From Ginglymostoma cirratum (Eukaryota), in the NCBI GenBank assembly GCA_024137785.1, contig JAHRHZ010000018.1, positions 124,001 through 173,867 on the forward strand: 49,867 nucleotides of DNA, given 5' to 3'. Made by a program: the position numbers and the translations under genes. Shown here one piece after another: positions 1-13,711 of the stretch; within the stretch, counting starts at the first letter, position 1, and the number at the start of each line of letters is the position of its first letter. The notes below the pieces were generated by a model. That model was not told the DNA's origin. It ran no database searches and worked only from the letters and a program-made list of their open reading frames with translations.

Positions 1-120
1 TGCATTAATCCTATCCCTAAGAATTCTCTCCAATAGCTTCCCAACCATCTATGTGAGACTCACTGGTCTGTAGTTTCTGGATTATCCCTAGTTCCTTTCT
101 TGAACGGAGGAAAAACATTT

Positions 121-552
121 TGATGTTACTCATACCCTCCCAGACCCTAAGATTACTGGGTCCTCAGACCATCCTAGACCCTGTGATTACTGGGCACTCA
201 TATCCCCTGAGGCCCTGAGATTACTGGGTTCTCACATCCCCTGAGGCTCTGTGATTGCTGGGCACTCAGACCCTCCAAGACCCTAATACTCAGACCCTCA
301 GATTACTGGGCACTCAGACCCTCCAAGACCCTAATACTCAGACCCTCCCTGACCCTGAGATTACTGGAAACTCAGACCCTCCCAGACCCCATGATTACTG
401 GACAATCAGACCCTCGCACACCCTGAGATTACTGGGCATTCAGACCCACTCAGACCCACCCAGACCCTGAGATTACTGGGCCCTCAGACCCTCCCAGACC
501 CTGTGATTACTGGGCCCTCAGACCCACCCAGACCCTGAGATTACTGGGCCTA
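121..552. repeat. Minisatellite, ~34-bp unit (ccctgagattactgggccctcagaccctcccaga)
   Basis: Units start at 465, 499 and 533; degenerate copies upstream. Explains ORF 255..470. Confidence 0.9.
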
Positions 553-3500
553 CAGACAGTGCAGCAGCTCAGCATGGAGGTTTAAGGTGCAGACTCTCAC
601 TGAGATTATTTGGAGCACACTGTCCTCTGCTGGTACCTCTAGCATTGTGCAGATCAACAGCAGGGTCATTTGTGGGAACTGCTCGAATCACAAGTTCCCT
701 CCAGGTCCCAGCACATTCTGTTTCGGAATATCAGCCTTTCCTTCCTCAGAACTGGTCCTGTTATTGGAATTCTCCGGTTATCAGCCAGCACTGGGGTCAA
801 TGGACAGCCCTAGGCAGAAAAAAGCTTAACCAGGATGAAGCAAGTCATGATTTAAATTGGATACATTTGTCACACTGTTAAGAAAAATAACAATTGATAG
901 GTTGATCATTTAAGTTTGAAAATCCCCAGGATGTTGCCTGGGTCTCTGGTTTAATCATGTCTTGATAATCCCACTCAGCCATTACCTCTCCCTCAGTGTG
1001 ATTGGCTCGTTTCCTGTTTTCATTGATGCTTTAATCTTGTCTGGTCATGCAATTTGGATTGGTTTTATTTTGCCAGTCATTTCTGAATTGTTGCCCTCAT
1101 TTTTCAGACACAGGAATATAGGAGCAGGAGTGTACCATTCAGCCCCTCAAGCCTGCTATCCCAATCAGTAAGATGGCGGGTGATCTGGTTGTGTTCTCCC
1201 TCCATTTTCCTGTCTGACCCCTGACCCCTCAACTCCCTTGTCTCCTGAAATCTCCAGCAGCCCATGGACAGAGTAGGGTTGCGAAAAAGGACGGCCAAGT
1301 GTGACAGTCAGTGTCAATGTGGCATCAGGAACTGGGAATTCAACTCACATCCGACTGGAATCTTTCTCCAGATGTTCCTGTGGAAATGCTGGCTCTGCCC
1401 TGGTTCAGCCTGTGCCTTTTAGCTTCATATTACTGACAGAATCTTGCCCCTCTCAGACAGTTTCTGCTAAATTCGGGAGCTCTGTTTCCCTTCCTTTACT
1501 TTCAGCTTTTTGATGGGTGAGGGAGGAAGGGGGTAGTCAGTGACCATTCCTATTTTCTCTCCGTCTTATCCCTACTATCCATCTTTGGTCTTTCTATTAC
1601 TTACCCTCCCTGTACCCTCCACTCTGTTTCCCTTCCCTCCATGTACTACTTCCCGCCCTTCGAACTCCTCTGTCTCTATTCCTTTCCCCAAACTTCTTTT
1701 GTCTTTCTGTGCCCCTCATTCTCCAATTATTTCCTTCCCTCTCTGTGATTGCTATTGCCCTCAATGTTTTACTAACAAATGCTGTCTTGCTGGGACTTTA
1801 GTGGCTGACCATCCCATTGGTCTAAGTGGGTGGAGGACAATCTCGTTTCAGATCCTCACAATGTATTCCACATGCCCTGGCTCCTCCCCCTCCCTTCCCC
1901 AACCAGCTCCGTCTCCAACTTTGCTTTTCCAGAACTTTCAATAGGGTCAGCAACTGCGACACACATACCCTGAGCCTGATTGGTGAGGCCTTACGATCTC
2001 CTGGGATCAATCCTTGGGATCTGATTGGGATCCAGTCAGTGAGGGAGAAAGAGGAACACCAGATTGGGTGAGGACACACATTGGTGAAGCAGCTCATTGG
2101 CTTCACGGTGAGCGTCAGGAATGTTGGACCTCGCTAGGGCACTGGGCCAGTGGTTCCAGGATATAGGGTTGATTGGGAGTCAGAGGAGGGGGATGTTGTG
2201 GAATAAAGAAGAGCTTCTTCGTTACAGGGTAACTTCACAACCCGCTTTCCCTGAGCACAGCAAATGCACTTGCTCCCTGTGTCCATAAGTGATGTCTTAA
2301 ACCAGCTGTTTGTGCCCAATGTCTGTCACGGCCTGTTTAAAGATGGCTCAGGTACTCCTTACACTGTGTGGTGGGCAGTGCACATATTGGGACCTTTTGG
2401 ATTTTTCCAGTTTGTGGTACAGGGCTAGATGCACTAGCAACTTTCCTTTCTCTGTGCTGAGTCCAGGCTCTGTCTAGTAAAGAGTTGTAGAAGAGAGGCA
2501 ACTAGAAAGTCTAAACAAGAAGAGGTATTTGGCTCACATTTGCTTGATGGGGTGGGTGTATACTATTGTCTCATTAACAGAGACTTAAGCACCTAAGGAA
2601 GGTGGGCAAGGGTCAAAATGTCAAGGTTCCCACTTTGTACAGTGTCCGTGTCGGGACTTAATGGGTGACTAATCCTCAATCCATGCTAACATTCTCCTCC
2701 AAAACTGTGTTCTCCTACCTTGGGCAATAATGTTTTTCTTTGTGGTTTATTATTGATTGCTTCTGAAAGTCCAAATACACTGCATCTACTGGTTCCCTTT
2801 TATCAACTCTGTTTGTTATATCCTCAAACAACTCCGGCTTATTTGTCAAAAATCATTTGCCTTTAACAAAACCATGTTAAGTCTGCTTGATTCCATTAAG
2901 ATTTTTGAAAGGTCCTGCAATTTCTTCTTTAATTATGGACTCTAACATTTTCCCAATGACAGCTGTAAGGTTAATGATGGCAGATTTCCATCCCCAAAGG
3001 AAAGTAAAGACTCAAATTAATTTTTAGCACAATCTAGCAGTTTTCAGGATCATTATTAACAAGACTTTATTCCACAAGTTGGCGACAGTGGGTTTTGGAT
3101 ATCTGTGCCCAGAGCAAAGATCAGATCTATGCCTCTGGGTGAATAGTTCAGAGATCTAATCATGAGGCCAAAATACAGCAAAGAACTACAGATGCTGGAG
3201 ACCTTATACAATAACAGAAAGTGCTGGAGAAAAGTGGTTGGTTTATCTCTGGAACCATTGTAATCCTTGTGCAGTAGGATGACCTACAATGCCATTAGAG
3301 TGGGAATTGTAGGATTTTGACCCAGCAACATTGAAGGAACAGCGATATAATTCCAAGTCAGGATGTTGAATGGCTTAGCGGGGAACTTGTAGGTGGTGGT
3401 ACTCTCATATATCTGCTGCCCTTGTGATCATGGATTTGGAGATGATCACATGATCATGTTGAACGGCAGAGAAAGCTTGATGGGCTGAATGGCCCCTACT

Positions 3501-3649
3501 TCTGCTCCAAGTTCTTTTGGTCTTAAGGGCCTCAATAGGCCCGAGGGTGGATGGGCTCCCTGACACTTTCCCCTCCCACTGCTACTTGGGGATAGGTCGA
3601 GAGTGAGAGTTAAGAACCACTGTGTTTCATGGCCCATCGCCTTTTAATG

Positions 3650-3998
3650 GGAGGCAATTGCCTCGTGGTATTATTGATAGACTGTTAATCCAGAGACCCC
3701 AAGAACATTCTGGGGACCCGGGTTCAAATCCTGCTATGGCAGATGGTGGAATTGGAATTCTATAAATATCTGGAATTAAGAATCTTAATGGTGACCATGA
3801 CTCCATTGTCGATTGTCAGGAAAACCCATCTGGTTCGCTAATGTCCTTTAGGGAAGGAAACTTCCATCCTTACCTGGTCTGGCCGACATGTGACTCCAGA
3901 CCTACAGTAATGTGGTTGACTCTTAACTGCCCTCTGGGCAATTAGGAATGGGCAGTAAATACAGCCTGGACAGTGACACCCTCATCCTGTGAACGGAT
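3650..3998 (+). mobile_element. tRNA-derived SINE (family also at ~5165-5550, 22460-22930, 35160-35520, 39055-39390, 42600-42957 on minus, 46455-47030)
   Basis: A box (tggtatt) and B box (gggttcaaatcc) head, a shared core (actccagacc.acag.aatgtggttgactc) and a LINE-like tail. Confidence 0.8.
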
Positions 3999-6900
3999 AA
4001 AGAAAATACACTTGGATTGGAGAGTGTGAAGTTTGTAAAATGAATTCCCTGAAAAAGAGGCACATTTGAAATAATTGGATACTTTAACGGGTTAACGTGC
4101 ACACAGAATGTTCCAAATGCATTCAGATAAAAAGTGGTGAAGATGCTAACTTGAGGGAACACTGACATTGTTTCTCCAAAGCCTGACCAAGAAAACTGTC
4201 AGCTCCATGTTCAATCAGAGGAGGGGCTGATTCAGGGTCGTTGTGTGTCCTTCCCTTTGACCTGTGTTTTTTAATCTGTCCTTGAAATTGTTGATAAAAA
4301 AACCAAAAGAACTGCAGATGCTGTAAATCAGAAACAAAAGCAAAGTTTGCTGGAAAAGCTCAGCAGGTCTGGCAGCATCTGGGAAGGAAAAACCAGAGTT
4401 AACGTTTTGGGTCCAGTGACCCTTCCTCAGAACTGAGATGGTTGATGTTGGTCTGATCAAATCTGCCTCATTGCAGTTAAATAAATTACACACAGCATTT
4501 GGAGACAGTTTAAAATAAAGTTAATCTAAAATATTCTTTATGTGGCAAGCAGAGAGATTCATATCCAATCTGAACATTAATCATTTATTTAAAAAATACA
4601 GTTGTCATTTTCGATGAAAAGTACAAACAAGGGGCCAGAAATTATACAGTTACAGACACGGGACAGTGCACGCAGACTATAGGACCGTTTAGTTGCAGAG
4701 AATTTGAGGAAATATCACCAGTTGCAGTGTTGTCCACGTTATTTACAACACCAATTCATTTGAAATTGTTTCTGGTTTTCTATTTTTTCCATTGCAATGA
4801 GGAAGTATCACTCTGAGACAGTCTTTGCAATATTTCTCGGTGATGTTCGCAAGATGGCTTATGCAAACATTTAACTCACAGAAACTCCTAATTCCAGTAC
4901 AACAGCTCTCATCTCATCTCCAGCTAATCCTCAAATTAATCCAGTGAATTGGAAGAACATTGCAGCTGTCAATTAACAGCAGTGTCTGTCCTAACATCAC
5001 CCTCTGCCATTTGAATCTTTACCCTCTCTTTCTTAGTAAGGATTCCTATAAGCATTCAATATCACAGTAGGAACAAACCATTCTGCCCATCAAATCTGCT
5101 CCTCTCCCTTTAACACAATCATGTTTTATCTTCTGCCTAATCTCCGTTTTCCCACCTGATCGCAGAGATGGTGGAGTAGTGGTACTGTGATTGAATTAAT
5201 GATCAAGTGGCCCAGGCTCATGCTCTGGGTCACTGGGTCAAACTCCACTGTGCTAACTAGTGCTGTTTACGTTCAATTAATTGAATCTGGAATTGTGAGT
5301 CTCAGTGATGGACACCGTGAGAACTGTCACCGATTGTTGTAAAAACCTCCCTGGGGTTTACTGATGCCCTTTAGGGAAGGAAATCTGTCATCCTTACCTC
5401 GTCTAATTGATAAGAGACTCCAGATCCACAACAATCTGACTGACTTACAACTACCCTCTGAAATGACATGGCATGTTACTCATTTCAAGGGCAGTTAGGT
5501 ATAAGCAACAAATGCTGGCCTTGCCAGTGATGCCCACATCACATAAGAAAATAACTATTTTAGAAATCTTAACTTCCCTGAGAGACTAAAAATCTGTTGA
5601 TCCCTGTGGAGAATATGCTCAAGTCCAGAGCACCCATGGATCTCTGGAGTCCCAAATCGAAAAGATGTGCCTGGATCAGGAAATGTCTCCTCATCTCTAT
5701 CCAAAATAATCAACTCCTTATCCTGAGAATGTGTACCCCTGTCCCCACCCCATCCTGCAGCCAGGGGCGAAAACAGCATCGCAGTGTCTACTCTATGAAG
5801 GAACAACATTATCTGAGATGCTCCATCAGATTACTTTTCATTCTTCCACACTCCAAAGGGTACTGATGCATTCTACTCAATTTCACGTCAAAGGCCAACT
5901 CTGCCCACTGCACTCACCCTCACTCCCTATGTTCCTCCATGCTCCCCCATGTTCCCCCACCCCTCTCACACCCCACCCCAGTCCTTGTTTCACCCTTTCT
6001 AAGCTAAGCTTGGATGTGGAGATAAACTATGTAGTACTCCTTTGCGTATCTGATCTAGTCACATACTTCAGTTTGTTGAGAACATTAGAATTGCAAAAAA
6101 TGAAATTAAAATAATGAAGCTGCTTAATAATTTCAGGAGACATACAAGTGTATGACATTATGTATTCCTAAAATATACTATTTTACAATTTAAGAATAAA
6201 AGATGTGAATTTTGCGTTTGGCGCTGAGAGAGGTGAGTGGGTAAAGATTGCAGATCATGACCACTCATCCACTCTATTGAGCTTGATCTTCAGCATACCT
6301 CAAAAGGTTAAAACCATCTCACAAACACATGAAAAGAATGATTCCTGCTTTGGCTGAACATTCATCCCATTTCACTCTTCCCTCTGTTCATTCTAAGTAT
6401 TTTTATTTTGATTTGTCACTATTTCTCAGTTAGCTGTCCTGCTTTAAGCATTTGAACAACAATAAAATCCCGGTCATTCCAAAGTGCCTTGAATAAATTT
6501 TCAATTTGTTAAAATCTCTGCTCCAAAGTGCTTTTCATTTTGTTTGATGCAGTTACATGAGACACTGAAATGGCTGACTTCTCAAATCAGCTCATTGCTT
6601 CCCTGTTAATGAGCAATGATGAAGACCAGTCCAACAGAACCTTCCATGGGAAAGCATGTGAACGAGGTTCAGGCGTCCAGAATACTGGTGTTCTTGGCCG
6701 CCAGGACAGTTTCATTTTGTCAAGTTTAACAAGAGAGAATCTCCTGCTAAGTTTGTTAAACAGGAGGCCTCTTTGGCTTCTGTGACGCTCACTATCCTAA
6801 GGGACGAAGCTGTTGGTGGGCTCAGGGAGTGACCAGATCCTCAGGCTTTCCAAGGGACTGTCCTGGTTTCTCTAAAGTCTTCTGGGCTCCCGAAAATTTC

Positions 6901-7857
6901 CAGAAAATAGTTAAAATAACTCAGTTCTCACCTCTCCTTAGTTAAGAGTGTAAACCAGGACTTCAGAAAAAGTCAGTCTGACATGTTTGTTTCTCTCCAA
7001 GGAAACCCTTATTACTTCACATTGCACTGTACACAGCGAACCCTGTATCCCCCCCTGCCAATACTCAGCCTCGCTCCCTACTCCTCACCTCACCCCTGCC
7101 AGAGAAAGAGAAAACAGGAGTGGGAGTAGGCCATTCAGCCCTTCAAGCCTACTCTGCCATTCAATATGATGATGGCTAATCATCTAAGTCACAACCCTGT
7201 TCTGGCTTTCCCTGACCCCATGCTTTTTGATCCCTTTAGCCCTAAGAATTATGTCTAACTCCATCTTGAAAATAGTTAATGTTTAAGCTTCAAAAACTTT
7301 CTACGGCAGAGAATTCCACAGGCTCACCACTCTCTGGGTGAAAACATTTCCCCTCATCTCAGTCCTAAATGGCCTACCCTATTTCCTTAGACAGCAACTC
7401 CTGGTTCTGGGCTCCAAAGGAACTGTCTTTAGTACTTTGTGGATGACACTGTAGAAACAAAGTTAGGAGAAGGTCACCAACCCCGGCTGAAGATATTCCA
7501 GAAAGTGTCATCACATGACTATTTCTGCCAGTTCCCCACCCACCCTAATTTCGATGCCTAACCTTGAGATTCTTTGCACTGTTCACCCAATGTGGTAATG
7601 ATCAGCAATGTCCAACTTTCCCATGCCCGTTAAACTCACCCTGGTTTCTTGCATTAAAAATCTGGTCACGTTATGGACTCACTACCCAGAGACTTCAATC
7701 TGCCAGGAAGCTGCACCATGCAAATTCTGGAATAATTGTCAAGCAGAGATATCAATAAGTAATTGCGATGATTGATTGTCCTTCGTCCTGCTGGTTTGGG
7801 AGTTAATGGCAGCAAAGACTGCTCTTCATCACTTGCTGAAGAACTGATTACTCGTCA

Positions 7858-7974
7858 CTATGTATATTTGATGGCAGCATACTCGGTTGACTCCTCAGTG
7901 ATCGCTGTAGCTGGCCGTTCGGTTTTCTTTCGGAAGAACTGGATATCAGCATAGTACAACTCCCCTTCCTCCAA
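7858..7974 (-). CDS. Terminal coding exon with ITIM and ITSM
   Basis: Acceptor tctttcattgtgtttcag|TTG, phase 0. LEEGELYYADIQFFRKKTERPATAITEESTEYAAIKYT* with TAG at 7860-7858. LYYADI (7942-7959) fits ITIM LxYxxI; TEYAAI (7870-7887) fits ITSM TxYxxI. Confidence 0.9.
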   Translation of the reverse strand: MEEGELYYADIQFFRKKTERPATAITEESTEYAAIKYT

Positions 7975-9302
7975 CTGAAACACAATGAAAGACACAGGAT
8001 TTTTACAACAGCCAGTAACAAACCCCTCCTGCACCTAATCTCCCCACATACTACACCACAGAGCAAACTCTTCAACCCCTCACCAGGGGAAAAAGTCTGG
8101 ATCTGAGCTCATGGATGTAGAAATCCCTTCAGTCTTTCTGCTAAAGGTTCAAGTTGTTTGAGCAGCTCTAGGAACTTCTGATTCATGAACCCACAGCCCT
8201 TCCTCCTGGCAGAAGTAGTGTCAGATGGGGCATTGGTCAGGAAGGGCAGTTCAAATTGTCGTTTGGCAGTTACAGAACCTAAGTATTGCTAATTAAAGAC
8301 TAATTTTGTCCAAGTTTCTCATCCAGGACATTTCACAAGAATAGAAATCTGGAGGGAGCCAATATCGAGACTACATGAGAGGAGAGTGTGGATTGATTGG
8401 TACCTGGACTCTGATTGTTAGAAGGGCTGCCACAGAGAATGCACCCATCAGTATTGATTGACAGTTAACTGCCAGGCTTTGTTAAATTTTAAACCAATTA
8501 GGTTGAAGCAGATTGGTCAATGAATCAGCAAATAGATACCATATACCTTGTTAATTTGTATCAGGTACAGGGTATGGACATCCTTTTGGCTTCAAAAGAA
8601 TGGGGTCCCGTCTATCTATATGTGCAGCTTTCTATACATGCAAGTACAGCATGCCTCAGGCCTGGAGAATACTCCCAAACTGGGTGTTAGTGAAATTCAT
8701 CATACATTCTGGATTATCCAGCAAGTGCTGTCTAACATGAACATTAACACCCACTATTGGACAAGATTCTGCAATGTGGAGACTCGGGAGAGCTTTCAGC
8801 TCAATGAGGCTCATAGGTGTCTTGCCCAAACACTGTTAAGAGGCACCAGCTGGAGGGTAAACTGAGGACAAGAATAAACCGAGGGTGAGGGCACAGGAGG
8901 TTCCAGTCAGGGAGCTCAAGCAAGTAGGAAATCAGAATTGGGATAGTGAGGCATTCATTGCAGGGAGACAGGGAAGTGAAGGATTTCAGATTTTTTCATC
9001 CCCTAGTCAAATTTTCAGATCACAAGACATAGGAGCAGAAGTATGCTATTTAGCCCATCAAATCTGTTCTGCCATTCAATGAGATTATTGTTGATTTAAT
9101 AATCTTCAACTCAACTTTCCTGCCTTTTCCCTCATAATCCTTGATTCCCTTCCTGATTAAAAATCACTTATATAGTTTAATTATCAGCTTTCAAAGCCGA
9201 AGACAGTACAAATCAAATTCTACAGCCTAACCTCAAAGTGAACCCTCTAAGTTGTGAGAAAACACACTTCAACTGGATTCACAACTTCTAAAGAGTTATC
9301 AC

Positions 9303-9329
9303 CTCAGCAGCTAAGACATTGGCTGCAAT
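9303..9329 (-). CDS. Possible 27-nt symmetric cytoplasmic mini-exon (IAANVLAAE)
   Basis: tttaacttcggtctcag|ATT...GAG|gtgata; phase 0-0 and open. Fits between neighbouring exons but is not needed for frame. Confidence 0.4.
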
Positions 9330-9452
9330 CTGAGACCGAAGTTAAATATAAACCATTTCACAGAAACACAAACACTTCTACCAAAGCCTAGTATGGGACT
9401 TGGTGCTCATTTGCTGCACACACAGGTCACCACCACTTTCCCATGCAGTTTT

Positions 9453-9980
9453 AGAACATAGAACATAGAACATATAGCCCAGTACAGGCCCTTCGGCCCA
9501 CAATGTTGTGCCCACCTGTTATTCTACTAAGATCAATCTACCCTACATTTTACTATCCTCCATGTGCCTACCCAAGAGTCGCTTAAAAGTTTCTAAAGTA
9601 TCTGACTCCACTACCATGGCTGGCAGTGCATTCCACACGCCCACCACACTCTGTGTGAAAAACCTACCTCTGACATCTCCCCTATGCCTTCCTCTAATCA
9701 CCTTAAAACTATGCCCCCTCGTAATAGTCATTTCCGCCCTGGGAAAAAGTCTCTGACTATCCACTCTATCTATCCCTCTCATCATCGTGTACACCTTTAT
9801 CAAGTCACCTCTCATCCTTCTTCACTCCAATGAGAAAAGCCCTAGCTCCCTCAACCTTTCCTCATAAGACCTGCCCTCCAGTCCAGGCAGCATCCTGGTA
9901 AATCTTCTCTGCACCGTCTCTAAAGCTTCCACATCTTTCCAATAATGAGGTGACCAGAAGTGAACACAATATTCCAAGTT
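9453..9980 (-). mobile_element. CR1-type LINE 3' end
   Basis: [33 protein letters not shown] and RGDLIKVY...TRGHSFK...FFTQSVVGVWNALP. Tail of (agaacat)n at 9453-9474. Confidence 0.9.
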
Positions 9981-10731
9981 TTGGTAATGGGTAATAAACA
10001 CTGAGCTAACTGGTGATGCCCTCTTCATGTGAAGGAATAAAGAAAAACCGTTGATAAGGGAAACACTTCGAAACCCCCCCAATAAGGTGTCCAATATGGA
10101 TAACCAAACAACAGAGAGGAGGCCAGGGCTGGTGGAGGCGGTGACTTTAACAAACCCTGGAGGAAGTCATCTCAGAGATAAGGGAGATTGGAACATGGAG
10201 AATTCAGAGACCTCGCTCTATTGTACAAGAATGAGAGGCCGTAGTTTTAAAGTGATTTGCAAGTGAAGCAAGAGTGATGGGAGGAAAAATCTTTTTCACA
10301 CAATGCATGGTCAGGGTCTGGAATGCACTGTCTGGAAATGTGGTAGAGATAGGTTCAATTGAGGTATTTAGAGGAGCATTGAATGATTATTTGGGATAAT
10401 ATGGAAGGGTGTGGATAGAAAGCTGATTGGCACTCAGTAACAACGTTTGTTTGAAGAGCTGATGCAAGCTCAATAGGCCAAATGGCCCCCTCTGCATTGT
10501 AACAATTCTATGATACTGTGATTAGTGCTTCTTTCCAAGCTGTCACAGGTTAAATAGTGACTCAGTGTGATTATGGGAACACATGCAGAGACTGTTTCCC
10601 ACTCAGAGTGACTCCCTCACAACAGCATTGCCAACATCTAATCGAATGAAGTCAAACCAGACAGGATTACAAAGACAGAATGGCCGACATAGCACGATGA
10701 AAATAGCAAAAGGCTTATGTTCAATACTTAC

Positions 10732-10772
10732 TGGAGGAGGGGACACAGTCATTTGTTTATTCTGCACTTCAG
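10732..10772 (-). CDS. Exon: cytoplasmic 2
   Basis: Acceptor ttcttatcttatttcag|CT and donor CCA|gtaagt; 41 nt, phase 1-0, bridging the previous exon to the terminal exon. AEVQNKQMTVSPPP. Confidence 0.78.
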
Positions 10773-10904
10773 CTGAAATAAGATAAGAATTTCTGAGTTT
10801 ATTATCGCTGTCATTTCTGACTGATAATGACAGGAAAACAGGATTGTTGACAAAAATATTAAGTTAGAATGAATCTCTGATGACTATCTGTGTATTCGGA
10901 TGGT

Positions 10905-11492
10905 TCGTGCTGAGAGTATGCCACACTGTCAGAAGGTCAGTACTAACAGAGTGCCACACTGCTGGAGGGTCTGTACTAACAAAGTGCAGCTCTGTCCGTG
11001 AGGGTCTGTACTGAGGGACTACCACATTGCTGGAGGGTCAGTACTGACAAGGGTGCTGCATTGCTGGAGGGTCAGTACTGATAGAGTGCCACACTGTCAG
11101 AAAGTCAGTACTGAGGGAGCGCCGCACTATCAGAGGGTCACTACTGAGGGAGTGCTGCACCATCAGAGGGTCAGTGCTGAGGGAGCGCCGCACTGTCGGA
11201 GGGTCAGTGCTGAGGGAACGCGGCACTGTCGGAGGGTCAGTGCTGAGGGAGCGCCGCACTGTCGGAGGGTCAGTGCTGAGGGAGCGCCGCACTGTCGGAG
11301 GGTCAGTGCTGAGGAAGCGCCGCACTGTCGGAGGATCAGTGCTGAGGGAGCGCCGCACTGTCGGAGGGTCAGTGCTGAGGGAGCGCCGCACTGTCAGAGG
11401 GTCAGTGCTGAGGGAGCGCCGCACTGTCAGAGGGTCAGTGCTGAGGGAGTGCCACACTGTCAGAGGGTCAGTGCTGAGGGAGAGCTGCACTG
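10905..11492. repeat. Minisatellite, 33-bp unit (gagggtcagtgctgagggagcgccgcactgtcg)
   Basis: About 17 tandem copies, homogeneous in the middle and degenerate at the edges. The 33-bp period produces repetitive spurious ORFs on both strands. Confidence 0.95.
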
Positions 11493-11709
11493 TTGGACAG
11501 TCACTTGAGAGGGAATGGTCTTCTCCTGCTCCGATGTTCTAGTTTTGATTTGTACCTCATCCTTGTCTCTCTGATGTCTTCGCACAGGTGATGTGTGGTT
11601 GAAAATAACATGGGTACAAAAGTCATCCCATAATGTTTGATAATTAGTGTTAAACAACAAATATCATTTGGAATGGTCACCAGCGTGGATATTGAATTAG
11701 TTGCCTTAC

Positions 11710-11753
11710 CACTGACTGTTGCATACACCGCATTAAGCTCTTCTTCAGATGTC
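11710..11753 (-). CDS. Exon: cytoplasmic 1 (ITIM-like AVYATV)
   Basis: Acceptor ccatttcaaacag|G and donor AGTG|gtaagg; 44 nt, phase 2-1, matching the TM exon. (G)TSEEELNAVYATVS. Confidence 0.8.
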
Positions 11754-13575
11754 CTGTTTGAAATGGTGCAGAAACATAAAGTTAGTGATTTAATATTGGG
11801 ACTTCAGAAGTAGGAAAGAATGTCAAAGTGATGGAGAATGCCTCTTATTCTGTCTAATAAACCATGCACATGTTGGAAGGGACCAACTGGTGTCCATTTC
11901 TCCATTGTCCATCATGACAGGTTTCGGTTAAACAAACTGAAGCTATTCTCATTGGCTGATGGGACAGGGAGTGGCAGAAACAGATTGAAGGATTTGGATG
12001 AGAAAGGGAGGGCGAATGTGAGGAAAATCTCTAACTAAACAGGGAAATGACCCAGACATTGGTGCCTGTGAGGAAGGTGGAAGGGGAGAGAATGAATGAT
12101 TTCATAAAGAAATTGGACCGGCACTTGAGGAAAATGATCTGGAAAAATTATGGGATGGAGTATGGAGTTACATTGACCTAGATTGATCCACAGCGAGCTA
12201 GTGAAGGCTTGATGGGATGAATGGCCCCCTTTTTTGAAATAAATGACCCAAGAACTGAAGGATGCATCTGAGATTGACCAACTATTTCCTTCAGATAAAG
12301 CAGAATTTCATGTTAGCAGCTAAGAGCTCAGGAATTTCTGAAAGTTGAGTCAGTGCTGGGATCAGTTTTGTTCAGGCTGTGTCCTGTGGACACAGTCAGG
12401 AATATAAATTCATTGTGCAGTGACCTTTCTTCCGGATGTTGCAATAATGTCATGAAACAGCTCTCAGAGACCACAACTTGTCTCTCAGGAGTCATCATCC
12501 CAGGCTGCTTTTGCTTTCACATAGCATGAACATGATGGGCTGAGTAAAAATTTTGGAAAATGACATTTCAGCAGCTGGGATTTGCTGGTCACTGTTCTGA
12601 ATGTTGACCATAACAGGAACCCCTGATTGGTCAATGTACAATGGTACAGGACCCAATAACACTGTCAGCAACATTGACAGACATTTTACACAGAAACGGT
12701 TTGGGGCAGTCTATCAAAAATTATAAATAAGAACTGATGTTCAAGCATAACAATCACCTGCCACAGCTCCCAAAAACCAAACATCAGGAATAAACAACAC
12801 ATCTCCTTTAGGGTGATTCCAGCTGAAAACATGGGCTCATGCCCTGTGACTGAGGTGAGAATAAGAGAGATTTGTCACATGGACATTTGTAGTCATCATC
12901 TTTAACATTCATTTCTATGGATTACAAATGTGTAAAATTCCTTTGTGTACATTCTCTGCACAAATAAGTTGCAGTGATCTTAAACAGCACTTTGCAAGTT
13001 CTAAAATGACAAGAGCATCAGATATATAGGAACACTACCTCCTGCAAGTTTCCCTGAAAGCCACTCACCATCCTGACTTGGGAAATATCACCATTCCTCC
13101 AGTGTTGCTGAGTAAAAATCTTGGAATTCCCTCCCTAAGAGCATTGTGTGTCAACCCAAAGCACATGGACTGCAACGGTTCAAGAAGGCACCTCATCACC
13201 ACCTTCTCAAGGGCAGCTGGGGATGAGGCAATAAATGCTGGACCAGCCAGCAAGAGTCACTTCCTGTGAGTGAATAAAAATATTGAGGGAGAGAGGGTTC
13301 TAAAGATGGACATGGCTGGGAAAAGGGGAAAACACTGACTGACAAGTGGAAGGTGAACTACAAAAGTTGTAGACACATTTTTTGAAATTCAAAACTCCGA
13401 TAGCCATCTGACAAATTGCAATGCATCATAGGTCTGTATAATTCATATTCATTAGGACTCTAAGTGGGAAAATGCCTTTTGACACCATTGCCAAAGTGCT
13501 GATGTCATCCCTCCACCCATCAATATTTAATTCAAGATTATAATCCCATGAGATAGGGAATGTGAATGTAATTAC

Positions 13576-13711
13576 CCTTCTGGTTTTGATCGGTGCTGAA
13601 AACAGGCCCATTTCTTCACATAAAGAAGTATGATGAGAAAGATGCAGAGTAGGACAACAAATGCCAGGGCAATGCCAATGATTATCATTAACCACCACTC
13701 TTCAGATTGCT
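13576..13711 (-). CDS. Exon: transmembrane segment and juxtamembrane region
   Basis: Acceptor ttttggtatcttacag|AG and donor GAAGG|gtaatt; 136 nt, phase 1-2. EQSEEWWLMIIIGIALAFVVLLCIFLIILLYVKKWACFQHRSKPE: a long uncharged helix followed by KK. Confidence 0.9.

Noticed and set aside
3650-3740. tRNA gene
   Set aside because: A/B boxes belong to SINE heads that continue into the SINE body; no full cloverleaf.
4580-6410. Poly(A) signals for the receptor gene (minus-strand AATAAA at about 6402-6407 and 4584-4589)
   Set aside because: AT-rich context, and I cannot choose between them without 3'-end data.
11038-11542. Repetitive ORFs on both strands, or a CRISPR-like array
   Set aside because: A pure 33-bp tandem repeat with no unique spacers, in eukaryotic DNA.
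11556-11600. Extra cytoplasmic exon (HTSPVRRHQRDKDE|gtac)
   Set aside because: The pyrimidine tract ends in ttttcaac with no AG, and the available AGs give incompatible phases or a stop. The flanking exons already join in frame.
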